Shown: in pieces, positions 63,085 to 64,000 of the stretch | How positions within the stretch are numbered: the first letter of the stretch is position 1 | Layout: the number at the start of each line of letters is the position of its first letter | Source of the DNA: Sphaerodactylus townsendi | Taxonomy: Eukaryota | DNA length: 64,000 nucleotides | Assembly (NCBI RefSeq): GCF_021028975.2 | Contig: NC_059425.1 | Location: 27,156,001 to 27,220,000, forward strand | Direction of reading: 5' to 3' | Made by a program: the position numbers and the translations under genes | The notes under the pieces: model-generated | What the model was told of the DNA's origin: nothing | The model's input: only the letters and a program-made list of their open reading frames with translations | Database searches by the model: none

Positions 63085-64000
63085 CTTGGAGAAAGAGTCA
63101 GACCTGACACTGCTGGAGGCATAAGTGTGATGCAAATGCTCTTAACTGGGTTCTCCTCTGGTCAATAAATTGAGCTCACTGATTAGAAATTGGAGGTTTG
63201 CTTAGCTCTTGCTAACTTTTAAAGCTAACTTTTAAAGCAAGAATAGAAGACTCTCATGTATTCTGTATGAGCTGCAGTTCTGTGCATGCTTTCTGATTTG
63301 GAGGGAAGCCAGCCCAGAGCAGCGACATGTGCAAAAACACAACAGTAATCTTGAAGTTTCACATACTTTTGTTGGTTTCTTCTCTATATTAGAAGTAACT
63401 GACTGATCTTGTCTCACCTAAAACATAGCAAAATAATTCTTCTACAGTAGAAGTGGCAAGTAACTCATGCAGAGATGCAGCTGATAGATGCAAGTATATT
63501 ACTCTTGCTTATTGTCTGTTCTAGAACCACTGTGAGATACTCATTAAAAGCTTTGGAAGAAGACACAGGAGACAGAAATCCAAACTCCAGTCATTAAATC
63601 CCATGGGTTCTCTTGGGCCTAACCAAGATGAACCAAAGTATCACACAATAGTTGTAAGCTTTTGAAGAGTACACACATTGATTATGCAAGCTTCTGGGTT
63701 CTCCAGAATTCTTCATCATAGAGATTTTTGTAAAAAGGGGAGTGGGAAGAGACATTTCAGGCTCTAATCTTAAAACCTCCTGTTTGTATCCTGTGTATAA
63801 TGCCAGGAAGAACTGAACAGATAAAATGGCAATAGATCATTGCCAGCATGTACATTTTGGCCTTCTGGGAATTAGAAGGGGAAATGCCAGCATGCAGTTA
63901 ATAATATGAAAACCAGGTGGCGATCAAATGTCTCCCCAACATCATTTTAAGGAGAAGGGCCATGGACTAATGGTAGAACAAATTCTTTACATGCAGAAGT

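Overview
Vertebrate genomic DNA, most likely a squamate and probably a gecko (inferred from Squam3-type SINEs with a duplicated tRNA head and (CTT)n tails, a Sauria SINE and 5S-derived SINEs). Three protein-coding genes are present. (1) The last five coding exons and long 3' UTR of DPF2 (+, 1684-~9680). (2) The single-exon CDS of muscarinic receptor CHRM1 (-, 19880-21424), with a candidate non-coding first exon near 46.6 kb and a candidate spliced 3'-UTR exon at ~15.3-17.07 kb. (3) The last six coding exons of an SLC22A6/OAT1-like organic anion transporter (-, 52640-63084). Most of the rest is transposon-derived: CR1, L2, L1 and RTE LINE fragments, several SINE families, many hAT MITEs with clean 8-bp TSDs (including two SPIN MITEs), Harbinger-like and Tc1/mariner-like non-autonomous elements, and a solo LTR. 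The most notable observations are: Penelope-derived inverted repeats carrying minimal hammerhead ribozyme motifs, one with an intact core on the CHRM1 sense strand; SPIN MITEs with a MIR-like internal filler; a MITE group that keeps one ACTACAnTTCCCA (ZNF143/THAP11-type) hairpin core under several different termini; a predicted NMD-escaping intron in the CHRM1 3' UTR; and substitutions in CHRM1 at the residues that determine mamba toxin MT7 binding. No searches were run; repeat family names come from recognition and some repeat boundaries are approximate.
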